The notes under the pieces are model-generated. The model saw only the letters and a program-made list of their open reading frames with translations. It searched no databases and was not told the DNA's origin. The translations under genes and the position numbers were made by a program. Source: Eledone cirrhosa (taxonomy: Eukaryota). Taken from it: 64,000 nucleotides of DNA. Shown one piece after another: positions 26,616 through 40,634 of the stretch. Numbering within the stretch: the stretch's first letter is position 1; each line of letters opens with the position of its first letter. The DNA is taken from the NCBI GenBank assembly GCA_964016885.1, contig OZ024746.1:51026001-51090000 (forward strand), given 5' to 3'.

Positions 26616-26859
26616 CTGATCAACGAGATTGCCATTGTCCCTATCTACTGTCTAGCGAAACTACAGCCAAGGAACCAGCTTGGACGGATCAACAAGATTG
26701 CCACTGTCCCTATCTACTGTCTAGCGAAACGACAGCCAAGGGAACGGGCTTGGACGGATCAACGAGATTGCCACTGTCCCTATCTACAGTCTAGCGAAAC
26801 CACAGCCAAGCGAAAGGTCTTGGACGGACCAACGAGATTGCCACTGTCCCTATCTACTG

Positions 26860-26894
<35 letters not shown>

Positions 26895-26998
26895 CGGATC
26901 AACGAGATTGCCACTGTCCGTATCTACTGTCTAGCGAAACTACAGCCAAGGAACCAGCTTGGACGGATCAACGAGATTGCCACTGTCCCTATCTACTG

Positions 26999-27032
<34 letters not shown>

Positions 27033-28883
27033 GTGGATCGATGAGATTGCCACTCTCCCTATCTACAGTCTAGCGAAACCACAGCCAAGCGAAAGGTCTT
27101 GGACGGATCAACGAGATTTCCAATGTCCCTATCTACTGTCTAGCGAAACCACGGCCAAGGGAATAGGCTTGGACGGATCAACGAGTTTGCCACTGTCCCT
27201 ATCTACTGTCTAGCGAAACGACAGCCAACGGAACGGGCTTGGACGGATAAACGAGATTGCCACTGTCCCTATCAACTGTCTAGCGAAACCACAGCCAATG
27301 GAACGGGCTTGGGTGGATCGATGAGATTGCCACTCTCCCTATCTACGGTCTAGCGAAACCAGAGCCAACGAAACGGGCTTGGGTGGAACAACAAGATTAC
27401 CACTGTCCCTATCTTCTGTCTAGCGAAACCACAGACAAGGGAACGAGCTTGGACGGATCAACGAGATTGCCACTGTCCCTATCTATTGTCTAGCGAAACT
27501 ACAGTCAAGGCAACGAGCTTGGACGGATCAACGCGATTGCCATTTTCCCTATCTACTGTCTAGCGAAACCACAGCCAAGGGAACGATCTTAGACGGATCA
27601 ACGATTTTGCCACTGTCTCTATCTACTGTCTAGCGAAACCACAGCCAAGGGAACGGACTTAGGTGGATCAACGAGATTCCCACTGTCCCTATCTACTATC
27701 TAGCGATCTACAGCACAGGAAGGAGCTTGGACGGATCAACAAGATTGCCACTGTCCCTAGCTACTGTCTAGCGAAACCACTGCCAAGGGAATAGGCTTGG
27801 GCGGATTAACGAGATTCCCACTGTCCCTATCTGCTGTCTAGCGAAATCACAGCCAAGGGAACGGGCTTCGACGGATCAACGAGTTTGCCACTGTCCCTAT
27901 CTACTGTCAAGCGAAACCACAGCCAAGGAACGAGCTTGGACGGATCAACAAGATTGCCACTGTCCCTATCTACTGTCTAGCGAAACCACGGCCAAGCGAA
28001 CGGGTTTGGGTGGATCGACGAGATTGCCACTGTCCATATCTACGGTCTAGCGAAACTACAGCCAAGGGAACGGGCTTGGGTGGATCAACGGGATTGCCAC
28101 TGTCCCTATCTACTGTCTAGCGAAACTACAGCCAAGGGAACGGGCTTGGGTGGATCAACGGGATTGCTACTGTCCCTATCTACTGTCTAGCGAAATCACA
28201 GCCAAGGGAACGAGGTTGGGTGGATCAACGAGATTGCCACTGTCCCTATCTTCTGTCTAGCGAAACCACAGCCAAGCGAACGGTCTTGGACGGATCAACG
28301 AGATTGCCACTGTCCCTATCTACTGTCTAGCGAAATCACAGCCAAGGGAACGGGCTTCGACGGATCAACGAGTTTGCCACTGTACCTATCTACTGTCAAG
28401 CGAAACCACAGCCAAGGAACGAGCTTGGACGGATCACCGAGATTGCCACTGTCCCTATCTACTGTCTAGCGAAACGACAGCCAAGGGAACTGGCTTGGAC
28501 GGATCAACGAGATTGCCACTGTCCCTATCTACTGTCTAGCGAAACGACAGCCAACAGAACGGGCTTGGACGGATAAAAGATATTGCCACTGTCCTTATCT
28601 ACTTTCTAGCGAAACCACATACAAGGGAACGAGCTTGGGTTGATCAACGAGATTGTCACTGTCCCTATCTACTGTCTAGCGAAACCACAACGAAGGGAAC
28701 GGGCTTGGACGTATCAACGAGATTGCCACTGTCCCTATCTACTGTCTAGCGAAACTACAGTCAAGGAACCAGCTTGGACGGATCAACGAGATTGCCACTG
28801 TCCCTATCTACTCTCTATCGAAACCACGGCCAAGCGAACGGGTTTGGGTGGATTGACGAGATTTCCACTGTCCCTATCTACTG

Positions 28884-28917
<34 letters not shown>

Positions 28918-31804
28918 GTGGATCGATGAGATTGCCACTCTCCCTATCTACGGTCTAGCTAAATCACAGCCAAGGGAATGGGATTGGGTGGATCAACGAG
29001 ATTGCCACTGCCCCTATCTACTATCTAGCGATCTACAGCCAAGGAACCAGCTTGGACGGATCAATGAGAGTGCCACTGTCCCTATCTACCGTCTAGCGAA
29101 ATCACAGTCAATGGAACGGGCTTGGTTGGATCAACGAGATTGCCACTGTCCCTATCTACTGTCTAGCGAAATCACAGCCAACGGAACGGGCTTGGACGGA
29201 TCAACTAGATTGCCACTGTCTAGCGAAACCACAGCAAAGGGAACGGTCTTGGACGGATCAACGAGATTGCCACTGTCCCTATCTACTGTCTAGCGAAAGC
29301 ACGGCCAAGCAAACGGGCTTGTGTGGAGCGACGAGATTGCCACTGTCCCTATCTACGGTCTAGCGAAACTACAGCCAAGGGAACGAGGTTGGGTGGATCA
29401 ACGATATTGCCAATGTCCCTATCTTCTGTCTAGCGAAACCACAGACAAGCTAACGGTCTTGGACGGATCAACGAGATTGCCACTGTCCCTATCTACTTTC
29501 TAGCGAAATCACAGCCAAGGAAACGAGCTTGGTTGGATCAACGAGATTGCCACTGTCCCTATCTACAGTCTAGCGAAACCAGAGACAACGGAACGTGCTT
29601 CGGTGGATCAACAAGATTACCACTGTCCCTATCTTCTGTCTAGCGAAACCACAGACAAGGGAACGAGCTTGGACGGATCAAGGAGATGGCCACTGTCCCT
29701 ATCTAATGTCTAGCGAAACCACAGACAAGGGAACGAGCTTGGACGGATCAACGAGATTGCCACTGTCCCTATCTACTGTGTAGCGAAATTACAGCCAAGG
29801 GAACGAGCTTGGACGGATCAATGAGATTGCCACTGTCCCTATCTACTGTCTAGCGAAACCACAGCCAAGGGAATAGGCTTGGGCGTATCAACGAGATTCC
29901 CACTGTCCCTATCTACAGTCTAGCGAAACCACAACGAAGGGAACGGGCTTGGACGGAAAAACGAGCTTGCCACTGTCCTTATCTACTTTCTAGCGAAACC
30001 ACAGCCAAGGGAACGAGCTTGGGTGGATCAACGAGATTGCCACTGTCGCTATCTACTGTCTAGCGAAACCACAACGAAGGGAACGGGCTTGGACGGATCA
30101 ACGAGATTGCCACTGTCCCTATCTACTGTCTAGCGAAACTACAGCCAAGGAACCAGCTTGGACGGATCAACGAGATTGCCACTGTCCCTATCTACTGTCT
30201 AGCGAAACCACGGCCAAGCGAACGGGTTTGGGTGGATCGACGAGATTGCCACTGTCCCTATCTACGGTCTAGCGAAACTACAGCCAAGGGAACGAGGTTG
30301 GGTAGATCAACGAGATTGCCACTGTCCCTATCTACTGTCTAGCAAAACCACAGCCAAGAAAACGGGCTTGGACGGATCAACGAGATTGCCACTGTCGCTA
30401 TCTACTGTCTAGCGAAACCACTGCCAAGGGAACAGGCTTGGACGGATAAACGAGATTGCCACTGTCCCTATCTACTGTCTAGCAAAACTACAGCCAAGGA
30501 ACCAGCTTGGACGGATCAACGAGATTGCCACTGTCCCTATCTACTGTCTAACGAAACCACAGCCAAGGGAACGGGCTTCGACGGATCAACGAGATTGCCA
30601 CTGTCCCTATCTACTGTCTAGCGAAACTACAGCCAATGAACCAGCTTGGACGGATCAACGAGATTGCCACTGTCCTTATCTACTGTCTAGGGAAACCACA
30701 GCCAAGGGAACAGGCTTGGGTGGATCGATGAGATTGCCACTCTCCCTATCTACGGTCTATCGAAACCACAGCCAAGGGAATGGGATTGGGTGGATCAACG
30801 AGATTGCCACTGCCCCTATCTACGGTCTAGCGAAATCACAGCCAAGGGAACGGGCTTGGACGGATCAACGAGATTGCCACTGTCCCTATCTACTGTCTAG
30901 CGAAACCACAGCCAAGGCAACTGGCTTGGACGGATAAACGAGATTGCCACTGTCCTTATCTACGGTCTAGCGAAACGACAGCCAACGGAACGGGCTTGGA
31001 CGGATAAATGAGATTGCCACTTTCCCTATCTACTGTCTAGAGAAACCACAGCAAAGGGAACGGTCTTGGACGGATCAACGTGATTGCCACTGTCTCTATC
31101 TACTGTCTAGGGAAACCACAGCCAAGGGAACGATCTTGGACGGATCAACGAGATTGCCACTGTCCCTATCTACGGTCTAGCGAAATCACAGCTAAGGGAA
31201 TGTGCTTGGACGGATCAACGAGATTGCCACTGTCCTTATCTACTTTCTAGCGAAACCACAGCCAAGGGAACGAGCTTGGGTGGATCAACGAGATTTCCAC
31301 TGTCCCTATCTACTGTCTAGCGAAACTACAGCCAAGGAACCAGCTTGGACGGATCAACGAGATTGCCATTGTCCCTATCTAATGTCTAGCGAAACACAGC
31401 CAAGGGAACGGGCTTGGACGGATCAACGAGATTTCCACTGTCCCTATCTACTGTCTAGCGAAATCACAGCCAAGGGAACGAGGTTGGGTGGATCAACGAG
31501 ATTGCCACCGTCCCTATCTTCTGTCTAGCGAAACCACAGCCAAGCGAACGGACTTGGACGGATCAACGAGATTGCCACTGTCCCTATCTGCTGTCTAGCA
31601 AAACTACAGCCAAGGAACCAGCTTGGAAGGATCAACGAGATTGCCACTGTCCCTATCTACTGTCTAGCGAAACCACAGCCAAGGGAACGGGTTTGGACGG
31701 ATCAACGAGATTGCCACTGTCCCTATCTACAGTCTAACCAAACCACAGCCAAGCGAAAGGTCTTGGACGGATCAACGAGATTGCCACTGTCCCTATCAAC
31801 TGTA

Positions 31805-31837
<33 letters not shown>

Positions 31838-32090
31838 CGGATCAACGAGATTGCCACTGTCCGTATCTACTGTCTAGCGAAACTACAGCCAAGGAACCAG
31901 CTTGGACGGATCAACGAGATTGCCACTGTCCCTATCTACTGTCTAGCGAAACTACAGCCAAGGGAACGGGCTTGGGTGGATCGATGAGATTGCCACTCTC
32001 CCTATCTACAGTCTAGCGAAACCACAGCCAAGCGAAAGGTCTTGGACGGATCAACGAGATTTCCACTGTCCCTATCTACTGTCTAGCGAA
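24900..32090 (+). repeat. Older, diverged duplication, offset ~5.08 kb (about 24900-27130 vs 30060-32090)
   Basis: ORFs 25632/30716 are offset by 5084. Shared ordered markers: GGGTAGATC, CCAAGAAAAC, CCACTGCCAAG, CCAATGAACC, TAAATGAG, GCGAAAGGTC. Some monomers are gained or lost between copies. Confidence 0.8.
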
Positions 32091-32277
32091 CCACAGCCAA
32101 GGGAACGGACTTAGGTGGATCCACAAGATTGCCACTGTCTCTATCTACTGTTTTGCAAAACCACAGCCAAGGCAACTGGATTGGACGGATCAACGAGATT
32201 GCCACTGTCTAGCGAAGCCACAGCAAAGGGAACGGTCTTGGACGGATCAACGAGATTGCCACTGTCCCTATCTACTG

Positions 32278-32312
<35 letters not shown>

Positions 32313-32416
32313 CGGATCAACGAGATTGCCACTGTTCCTATCTACTGTCTAGCGAAACTACAGCCAAGGAACCAGCTTGGACGGATCAACGAGATTGCCA
32401 CAGTCCCTATCTACTG

Positions 32417-32450
<34 letters not shown>

Positions 32451-32766
32451 GTGGATCGATGAGATTGCCATTCTCCCTATCTACGGTCTAGCGAAACCAC
32501 AGCCAAGAGAATGGGATTGGGTGGATCAACGAGATTGCCACTTCCTCTATCTACTGTCTAGCGAAATCACAGCCAAGGGAACGAGCTTGGGTGGATCAAC
32601 GAGATTGCAACTGTCCCTATCTTCTGTCTAGCGAAATCACAGCCAATGGAACGGGCTTGGACGGATCAACGAGTTTGCCACTGTCCCTATCTACTGTCTA
32701 GCGAAACCACAGCCAAGGGAACGGACTTAGGTGGATTCACGAGATTGCCACTGTCCCTATCTACTG

Positions 32767-32801
<35 letters not shown>

Positions 32802-33123
32802 CGTATCAACGAGATTGTCACTGTCCCTATCTACTGTCTAGCGAAACTACAGCCAAGGAACCAGCTTGGACGGATCAACGAGATTGCCACTGTCCCTATC
32901 TACTCTCTAGCGATTCCAAAGCCAAGGGAACGGGCTTGGGTGGATCGACGAGATTGCCACTGTCCCTATCTACGGTCCAGCGAAACTACAGCCAAGAGAA
33001 CGAGGTTGGGTGGATCAACGAGATTGCCACTGTCCCTATCTTCTGTTTAGCGAAACCACAGCCAAGCGAACGGTCTTGGACGGATCAACGAGATTGCCAC
33101 TGTCCCTCCCTATCTACTGTCTT

Positions 33124-33154
<31 letters not shown>

Positions 33155-33676
33155 CGGATCGACGAGATTGCCACTGTCGCTATCTACTGTCTAGCGAAAC
33201 TACAGCCAAGGAACGAGCTTGGACGGATCAACGAGATTGCCACTGTCCCTATCTACTGTCTAGCGAAACCACAGCAAAGGGAACGGTCTTGGACGGATAA
33301 ACGTGATTGCCACTGTCCCTATCTACTGTCTAGCGAACCCACAGCCAAGGCAACTGGCTTTGACGTATAAACGAGATTGCCACTGTCCCTATCTACTGTT
33401 TAGCGAAACCACAGCTAAGGGAATGTGCTTGGACGGATCAACGAGATTGCCACTGTCCCTATCTACTGTTTAGCGAAACCACAGCTAAGGGAATGTGCTT
33501 GGACGGATCAACGAGATTGCCACTGTCCTTATCTACTGTCTGGCGAAACTACCGCCAAGGAACCAGCTTGAACGGATCAACTAGATTGCCACTGTCCCTA
33601 TCTACTGTCTAGCGAAACTACAGCCAAGGAACCAGCTTGGACGGATCAACGAGATTGCCACAGTCCCTATCTACTG

Positions 33677-33710
<34 letters not shown>

Positions 33711-34599
33711 GTGGATCGATGAGATTGCCACTCTCCCTATCTACAGTCTAGCGAAGCCACAGCCAAGCGAAAGGTCTTGGACGGATCAACGAGATTGCCA
33801 CTGTCCCTATCTACTGTCTAGCGAAACCACGGCCAAGGGAACGGACTTAGGTGGATCCACGAGATTGCCACTGTCTCTATCAACTGTCTAGCGAAACTAC
33901 AGCCAAGGAACGAGCTTGGACAGACCAACGAGATTGCCACTGTCCCTATCTACTGTCTAGCGAACCCACAGCCAAGGCAACTGGCTTTGACGTATAAACG
34001 AGATTGCCACTGTCCCTATCTAATGTCTAGCGAAACCACAGCTAACGGAACGGCCTTGGACGGATAAACGAGATTGCCAATGTCCCTATCTCCTGTCTAG
34101 AGAAACCACAGCAAAGGGAACGGTCTTGGACGGATCAACGTGATTGCCACTGTCCCTATCTACTGTCTAGAGAAACCACAGCCAAGCGAACGGTCTTGGA
34201 CGGAGCAACGAGATTGCCACTGTCCCTATCTACTATTTAGCGAAACCACAGCTAAGGGAATGTGCTTGGACGGATCAACGAGATTGCCACTGTCCTTATC
34301 TACTTTCTAGCGAAACCACAGCCAAGTGAACGAGCTTGGGTGGATCAACGAGATTGCCACTGTCCCTATCTACTGTCTAGCGAAACACAGCCAAGGGAAC
34401 GGGCTTGGACGGATCAAGGAGATTTCCACTGTCCCTATCTACTGTCTAACGAAACTACAGCCAAGGAACCAGCTACGACGGATCAACGAGATTGCCACTC
34501 TCCCTATCTACTGTCTAGCGAAACCAAAGCCAATGGAACGGGCTTGGGTGGATCGACAAGATTGCCACTGTCCCTATCTACTGTCTAGCGAAACTACAG

Positions 34600-34653
34600 C
34601 CATGGGAACGGACTTAGGTGGATTCACGAGATTGCCACTGTCCCTATCTACTG

Positions 34654-34688
<35 letters not shown>

Positions 34689-35561
34689 CGTACAACGAGA
34701 TTGTCACTGTCCCTATCTAATGTCTAGCGAAACTACAGCCAAGGAACCAGCTTGGGCGGATCAACGAGATTGCCACTGTCCCTATCTACTCTCTAGCGAA
34801 ACCAAAGCCAAGGGAACGGTCTGGGTGGATCGACGAGATTGCCACTGTCCCTATCTACGGTCTAGCGAAACTACAGCCAAGAGAACGAGGTTGGGTGGAT
34901 CAACGAGATTGCCACTGTCCCTATCTTCTGTTTAGCGAAACCACAGCCAAGCGAACGGTATTGGACGGATCAACGAGATTGCCACTGTCCCTCCCTATCT
35001 ACTGTCTAGCGAAACCACAGCCAAAGGAACGGGCTTGGACGGATCAACGAGATTGCCACTGTCCCTATCTACTGTCTAGCGAAACTACAGCCAAGGAACG
35101 AGCTTGGACGGATCAACGAGATTGCCACTGTCCCTATCTACTGTCTAGCGAAACCACAGCAAAGGGAACGGTCTTGGACGGATAAACGTGATTGCCACTG
35201 TCCCTATCTACTGTCTAGGGAAACCACATTCAACCGAACGAACTTGGACTGATCAACGAGGTTGCCACTGTCCCTATCTACTGTTTAGCGAAACCACAGC
35301 TAAGGGAATGTGCTTGGACGGATCAACGAGATTGCCACTGTCCTTATCTACTGTCTAGCGAAACTACAGCCAAGCGACCAGCTTAGACGGATCAACGAGA
35401 TTGCCACTGTCCCTATCTACTGTCTAGCGAAACCACAGCCAAGGGAACTGGCTTGGACGGATCAACGAGATTGCCACTGTCCCTATCTACTGTCTAGCGA
35501 AACTACAGCCAAGGAACCAGCTTGGACGTATCAACGAGATTGCCACTGTCCCTATCTACTG

Positions 35562-35596
<35 letters not shown>

Positions 35597-35631
35597 CGGA
35601 TCAACGAGATTGCCACTGTCCCTATCTACTG

Positions 35632-35666
<35 letters not shown>

Positions 35667-35771
35667 CGGATCAACGAGATTGCCACTGTCCCTATCTTCT
35701 GTTTAGCGAAACCACAGCCAAGGGAACGGACTTAGGTGGATTCACGAGATTGCCACTGTCCCTATCTACTG

Positions 35772-35806
<35 letters not shown>

Positions 35807-36124
35807 CGTATCAACGAGATTGTCACTGTCCCTATCTACTGTCTAGCGAAACTACAGCCAAGGAACCAGCTTGGACGGATCAACGAGATTGCCACTGTCC
35901 CTATCTACTCTCTAGCGAAACCAAAGCCAAGGGAACGGGCTTGGGTGGATCGACGAGATTGCCACTGTCCCTCTCTACGGTCTAGCGAAACTACAGCCAA
36001 GAGAACGAGGTTGGGTGGATCAACGAGATTGCCACTGTCCCTATCTTCTGTTTAGCGAAACCACAGCCAAGCGAACGGTCTTGGACGGATCAACGAGATT
36101 GCCACTGTCCCTCCCTATCTACTG

Positions 36125-36159
<35 letters not shown>

Positions 36160-36542
36160 CGGATCAACGAGATTGCCACTGTCCCTATCTACTGTCTAGC
36201 GAAACTACAGCCAAGGAACGAGCTTGGACGGATCAACGAGATTGCCACTGTCCCTATCTAGTGTCTAGCGAAACCACAGCAAAGGGAACGGTCTTGGACG
36301 GATAAACGTGATTGCCACTGTCCCTATCTACTGTCTAGGGAAACCACATTCAACCGAACGAACTTGGACTGATCAACGAGGTTGCCACTGTCCCTATCTA
36401 CTGTTTAGCGAAACCACAGCTAAGGGAATGTGCTTGGACGGATCAACGAGATTGCCACTGTCCTTATCTACTGTCTAGCGAAACTACAGCCAAGGAACCA
36501 GCTTGGACGGATCAACGAGATTGCCACTGTCCCTATCTACTG

Positions 36543-36577
<35 letters not shown>

Positions 36578-36681
36578 CGGATCAACGAGATTGCCACTGT
36601 CCCTATCTACTGTCTAGCAAAACTACAGTCAAGGAACCAGCTTGGACGGATCAACGAGATTGCCACTGTCCCTATCTACTG

Positions 36682-36716
<35 letters not shown>

Positions 36717-36825
36717 CGGATCAACGAGATTGCCACTGTCCCTATCTACTCTCTAGCGAAACCAAAGCCAAGGGAACGGTTTTGGACGGATCAACGAGAT
36801 TGCCACTGTCCCTCCCTATCTAGTG

Positions 36826-36860
<35 letters not shown>

Positions 36861-37380
36861 CGGATCAACGAGATTGCCACTGTCCCTATCTACTGTCTAG
36901 CGAAACTACAGCCAAGGAACGAGCTTGGACGATCAACGAGATTGCCACTGTCCCTATCTAGTGTCTAGCGAAACCACAGCAAAGGGAACGATCCTGGATG
37001 GATAAACGTGATTGCCACTGTCCCTATCTACTGTCTAGGGAAACCACATTCAACCGAACGAACTTGGACTGGTCAACGAGGTTGCCACTGTCCCTATCTA
37101 CTGTTTAGCGAAACCACAGCTAAGGAATGTGCTTGGACGGATCAACGAGATTGCCACCGTCCTTATCTACTGTCTAGCGAAACTACAGCCAAGGAACCAG
37201 CTTGGACGGATCAACGAGATTGCCACTGTCCCTATCTACTGTCTAGCGAAACCACAGCCGAGGGAACGGGCTTGGACGGATCAACGAGATTGCCACTGTC
37301 CCTATCTACTGTCTAGCAAAACTACAGCCAAGGAACCAGCTTGGATGGATCAACGAGATTGCCACTGTCCCTATCTACTG

Positions 37381-37415
<35 letters not shown>

Positions 37416-37664
37416 CGGATCAACGAGATTGCCACTGTCCCTATCTACTCTCTAGCGAAACCAAAGCCAAGGGAACGGGCTTGGGTGGATCGACGAGATT
37501 GCCACTGTCCCTATCTACGGTCTAGCGAAACTACAGCCAAGAGAACGAGGTTGGGTGGATCAACGAGATTGCCACTGTCCCTATCTTCTGTTTAGCGAAA
37601 CCACAGCCAAGCGAACGGTTTTGGACGGATCATCGAGATTGCCACTGTCCCTCCCTATCTACTG

Positions 37665-37699
<35 letters not shown>

Positions 37700-38082
37700 C
37701 GGATCAACGAGATTGCCACTGTCCCTATCTACTGTCTAGCGAAACTACAGCCAAGGAACGAGCTTGGACGGATCAACGAGATTGCCACTGTCCCTATCTA
37801 GTGTCTAGCGAAACCACAGCAAAGGGAACGGTCTTGGACGGATAAACGTGATTGCCACTGTCCCTATCTACTGTCTAGGGAAACCACATTCAACCGAACG
37901 AACTTGGACTGATCAACGAGGTTGCCACTGTCCCTATCTACTGTTTAGCGAAACCACAGCTAAGGGAATGTGCTTGGACGGATCAACGAGATTGCCACTA
38001 TCCTTATCTACTGCCTAGCGCAACTACAGCCAAGGAACCAGCTTGGACGGATCAACGAGATTGCCACTGTCCCTATCTACTG

Positions 38083-38117
<35 letters not shown>

Positions 38118-38360
38118 CGGATCAACGAGATTGCCACTGTCCCTATCTACTGTCTAGCAAAACTACAGCCAAGGAACCAGCTTGGACGGATCAACGAGAT
38201 TGCCACTGTCCCTATCTACTGTCTAGCGAAACCACAGCCGAGGGAACGGGCTTGGACGGATCAACGAGATTGCCACTGTCCCTATCTACTGTCTAGCAAA
38301 ACTACAGCCAAGGAACCAGCTTGGATGGATCAACAAGATTGCCACTGTCCCTATCTACTG

Positions 38361-38395
<35 letters not shown>

Positions 38396-38644
38396 CGGAT
38401 CAACGAGATTGCCACTGTCCCTATCTACTCTCTAGCGAAACCAAAGCCAAGGGAACGGGCTTGGGTGGATCGACGAGATTGCCACTGTCCCTATCTACGG
38501 TCTAGCGAAACTACAGCCAAGAGAACGAGGTTGGGTGGATCAACGAGATTGCCACTGTCCCTATCTTCTGTTTAGCGAAACCACAGCCAAGCGAACGGTT
38601 TTGGACGGATCATCGAGATTGCCACTGTCCCTCCCTATCTACTG

Positions 38645-38679
<35 letters not shown>

Positions 38680-39062
38680 CGGATCAACGAGATTGCCACT
38701 GTCCCTATCTACTGTCTAGCGAAACTACAGCCAAGGAACGAGCTTGGACGGATCAACGAGATTGCCACTGTCCCTATCTAGTGTCTAGCGAAACCACAGC
38801 AAAGGGAACGGTCTTGGACGGATCAACGTGATTGCCACTGTCCCTATCTACTGTCTAGGGAAACCACATTCAACCGAACGAACTTGGACTGATCAACGAG
38901 GTTGCCACTGTCCCTATCTACTGTTTAGCGAAACCACAGCTAAGGGAATGTGCTTGGACGGATCAACGAGATTGCCACTGTCCTTATCTACTGTCTAGCG
39001 AAACTACAGCCAAGGAACCAGCTTGGACGGATCAACGAGATTGCCACTGTCCCTATCTACTG

Positions 39063-39097
<35 letters not shown>

Positions 39098-39201
39098 CGG
39101 ATCAACGAGATTGCCACTGTCCCTATCTACTGTCTAGCAAAACTACAGCCAAGGAACCAGCTTGGACGGATCAACGAGATTGCCACTGTCCCTATCTACT
39201 G

Positions 39202-39236
<35 letters not shown>

Positions 39237-39271
39237 CGGATCAACGAGATTGCCACTGTCCCTATCTACTG

Positions 39272-39306
<35 letters not shown>

Positions 39307-39973
39307 CGGATCAACGAGATTGCCACTGTCCCTATCTACTGTCTAGCGAAACTACAGCCAAGGAACCAGCTTGGACGGATCAACGAGATTGCCACTGTCC
39401 CTATCTACTGTCTAGCGAAACCACAGGCAGTGGAACGGGCTTGGGTGGATCGATGAGATTGCCACTCTCCCTATCTACGGTCTAGCGAAACTACAGCCAA
39501 GAGAACGAGGTTGGGTGGATCAACGAGATTGCCACTGTCCCTATCTTCTGTTTAGCGAAACCACAGCCAAGGGAACGGACTTAGGTGGATTCACGAGATT
39601 GCCACTGTCCCTATCTACTGTCTAGCGAAACCACAGCCAAGGGAATGGGCTTGGACGTATCAACGAGATTGTCACTGTCCCTATCTACTGTCTAGCGAAA
39701 CTACAGCCAAGGAACCAGCTTGGACGGATCAACGAGATGGCCACTGTCCCTATCTACTCTCTAGCGAAACCAAAGCCAAGGGAACGGGCTTGGGTGGATC
39801 GACGAGATTGCCACTGTCCCTATCTACGGTCTAGCGAAACTACAGCCAAGAGAACGAGGTTGGGTGGATCAACGAGATTGCCACTGTCCCTATCTTCTGT
39901 TTAGCGAAACCACAGCCAAGCGAACGGTTTTGGACGGATCAACGAGATTGCCACTGTCCCTCCCTATCTACTG

Positions 39974-40008
<35 letters not shown>

Positions 40009-40400
40009 CGGATCAACGAGATTGCCACTGTCCCTATCTACTGTCTAGCGAAACTACAGCCAAGGAACGAGCTTGGACGGATCAACGAGATTGCCACTGT
40101 CCCTATCTAGTGTCTAGCGAAACCACAGCAAAGGGAACGGTCTTGGACGGATAAACGTGATTGCCACTGTCCCTATCTACTGTCTAGGGAAACCACATTC
40201 AACCGAACGAACTTGGACTGATCAACGAGGTTGCCACTGTCCCTATCTACTGTTTAGCGAAACCACAGCTAAGGGAATGTGCTTGGACGGATCAACGAGA
40301 TTGCCACTGTCCTTATCTACTGCCTAGCGAAACTACAGCCAAGGAACCAGCTTGGACGGATCAACGAGATTGCCACTGTCCCTATCTACTGTCTAGCGAA
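34600..40400 (+). repeat. Variable-length higher-order repeat, 6 copies of 10-19 monomers
   Basis: Marker monomer AAACCACATTCAACCGAACGAACTTGGACTG occurs at 35221, 36341, 37041, 37881, 38861 and 40190, each preceded by a GTCCCTCCCTATC (+4) monomer. Confidence 0.92.
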
Positions 40401-40600
40401 ACCACAGCCAAGCGAAAGGTCTTGGACGGATCAACGAGATTGCCACTGTCCCTATCTACTGTCTAGCGAAACCACGGCCAAGGGAATAGGCTTGGACGGA
40501 TCAACGAGATTGCCACTGTCCCTATCTACTGTCTAGCGAAACTACAGCCAAGGAACCAGCTTGGACGGATCAACGATATTGCCACAGTCCCTATCTACTG

Positions 40601-40634
<34 letters not shown>

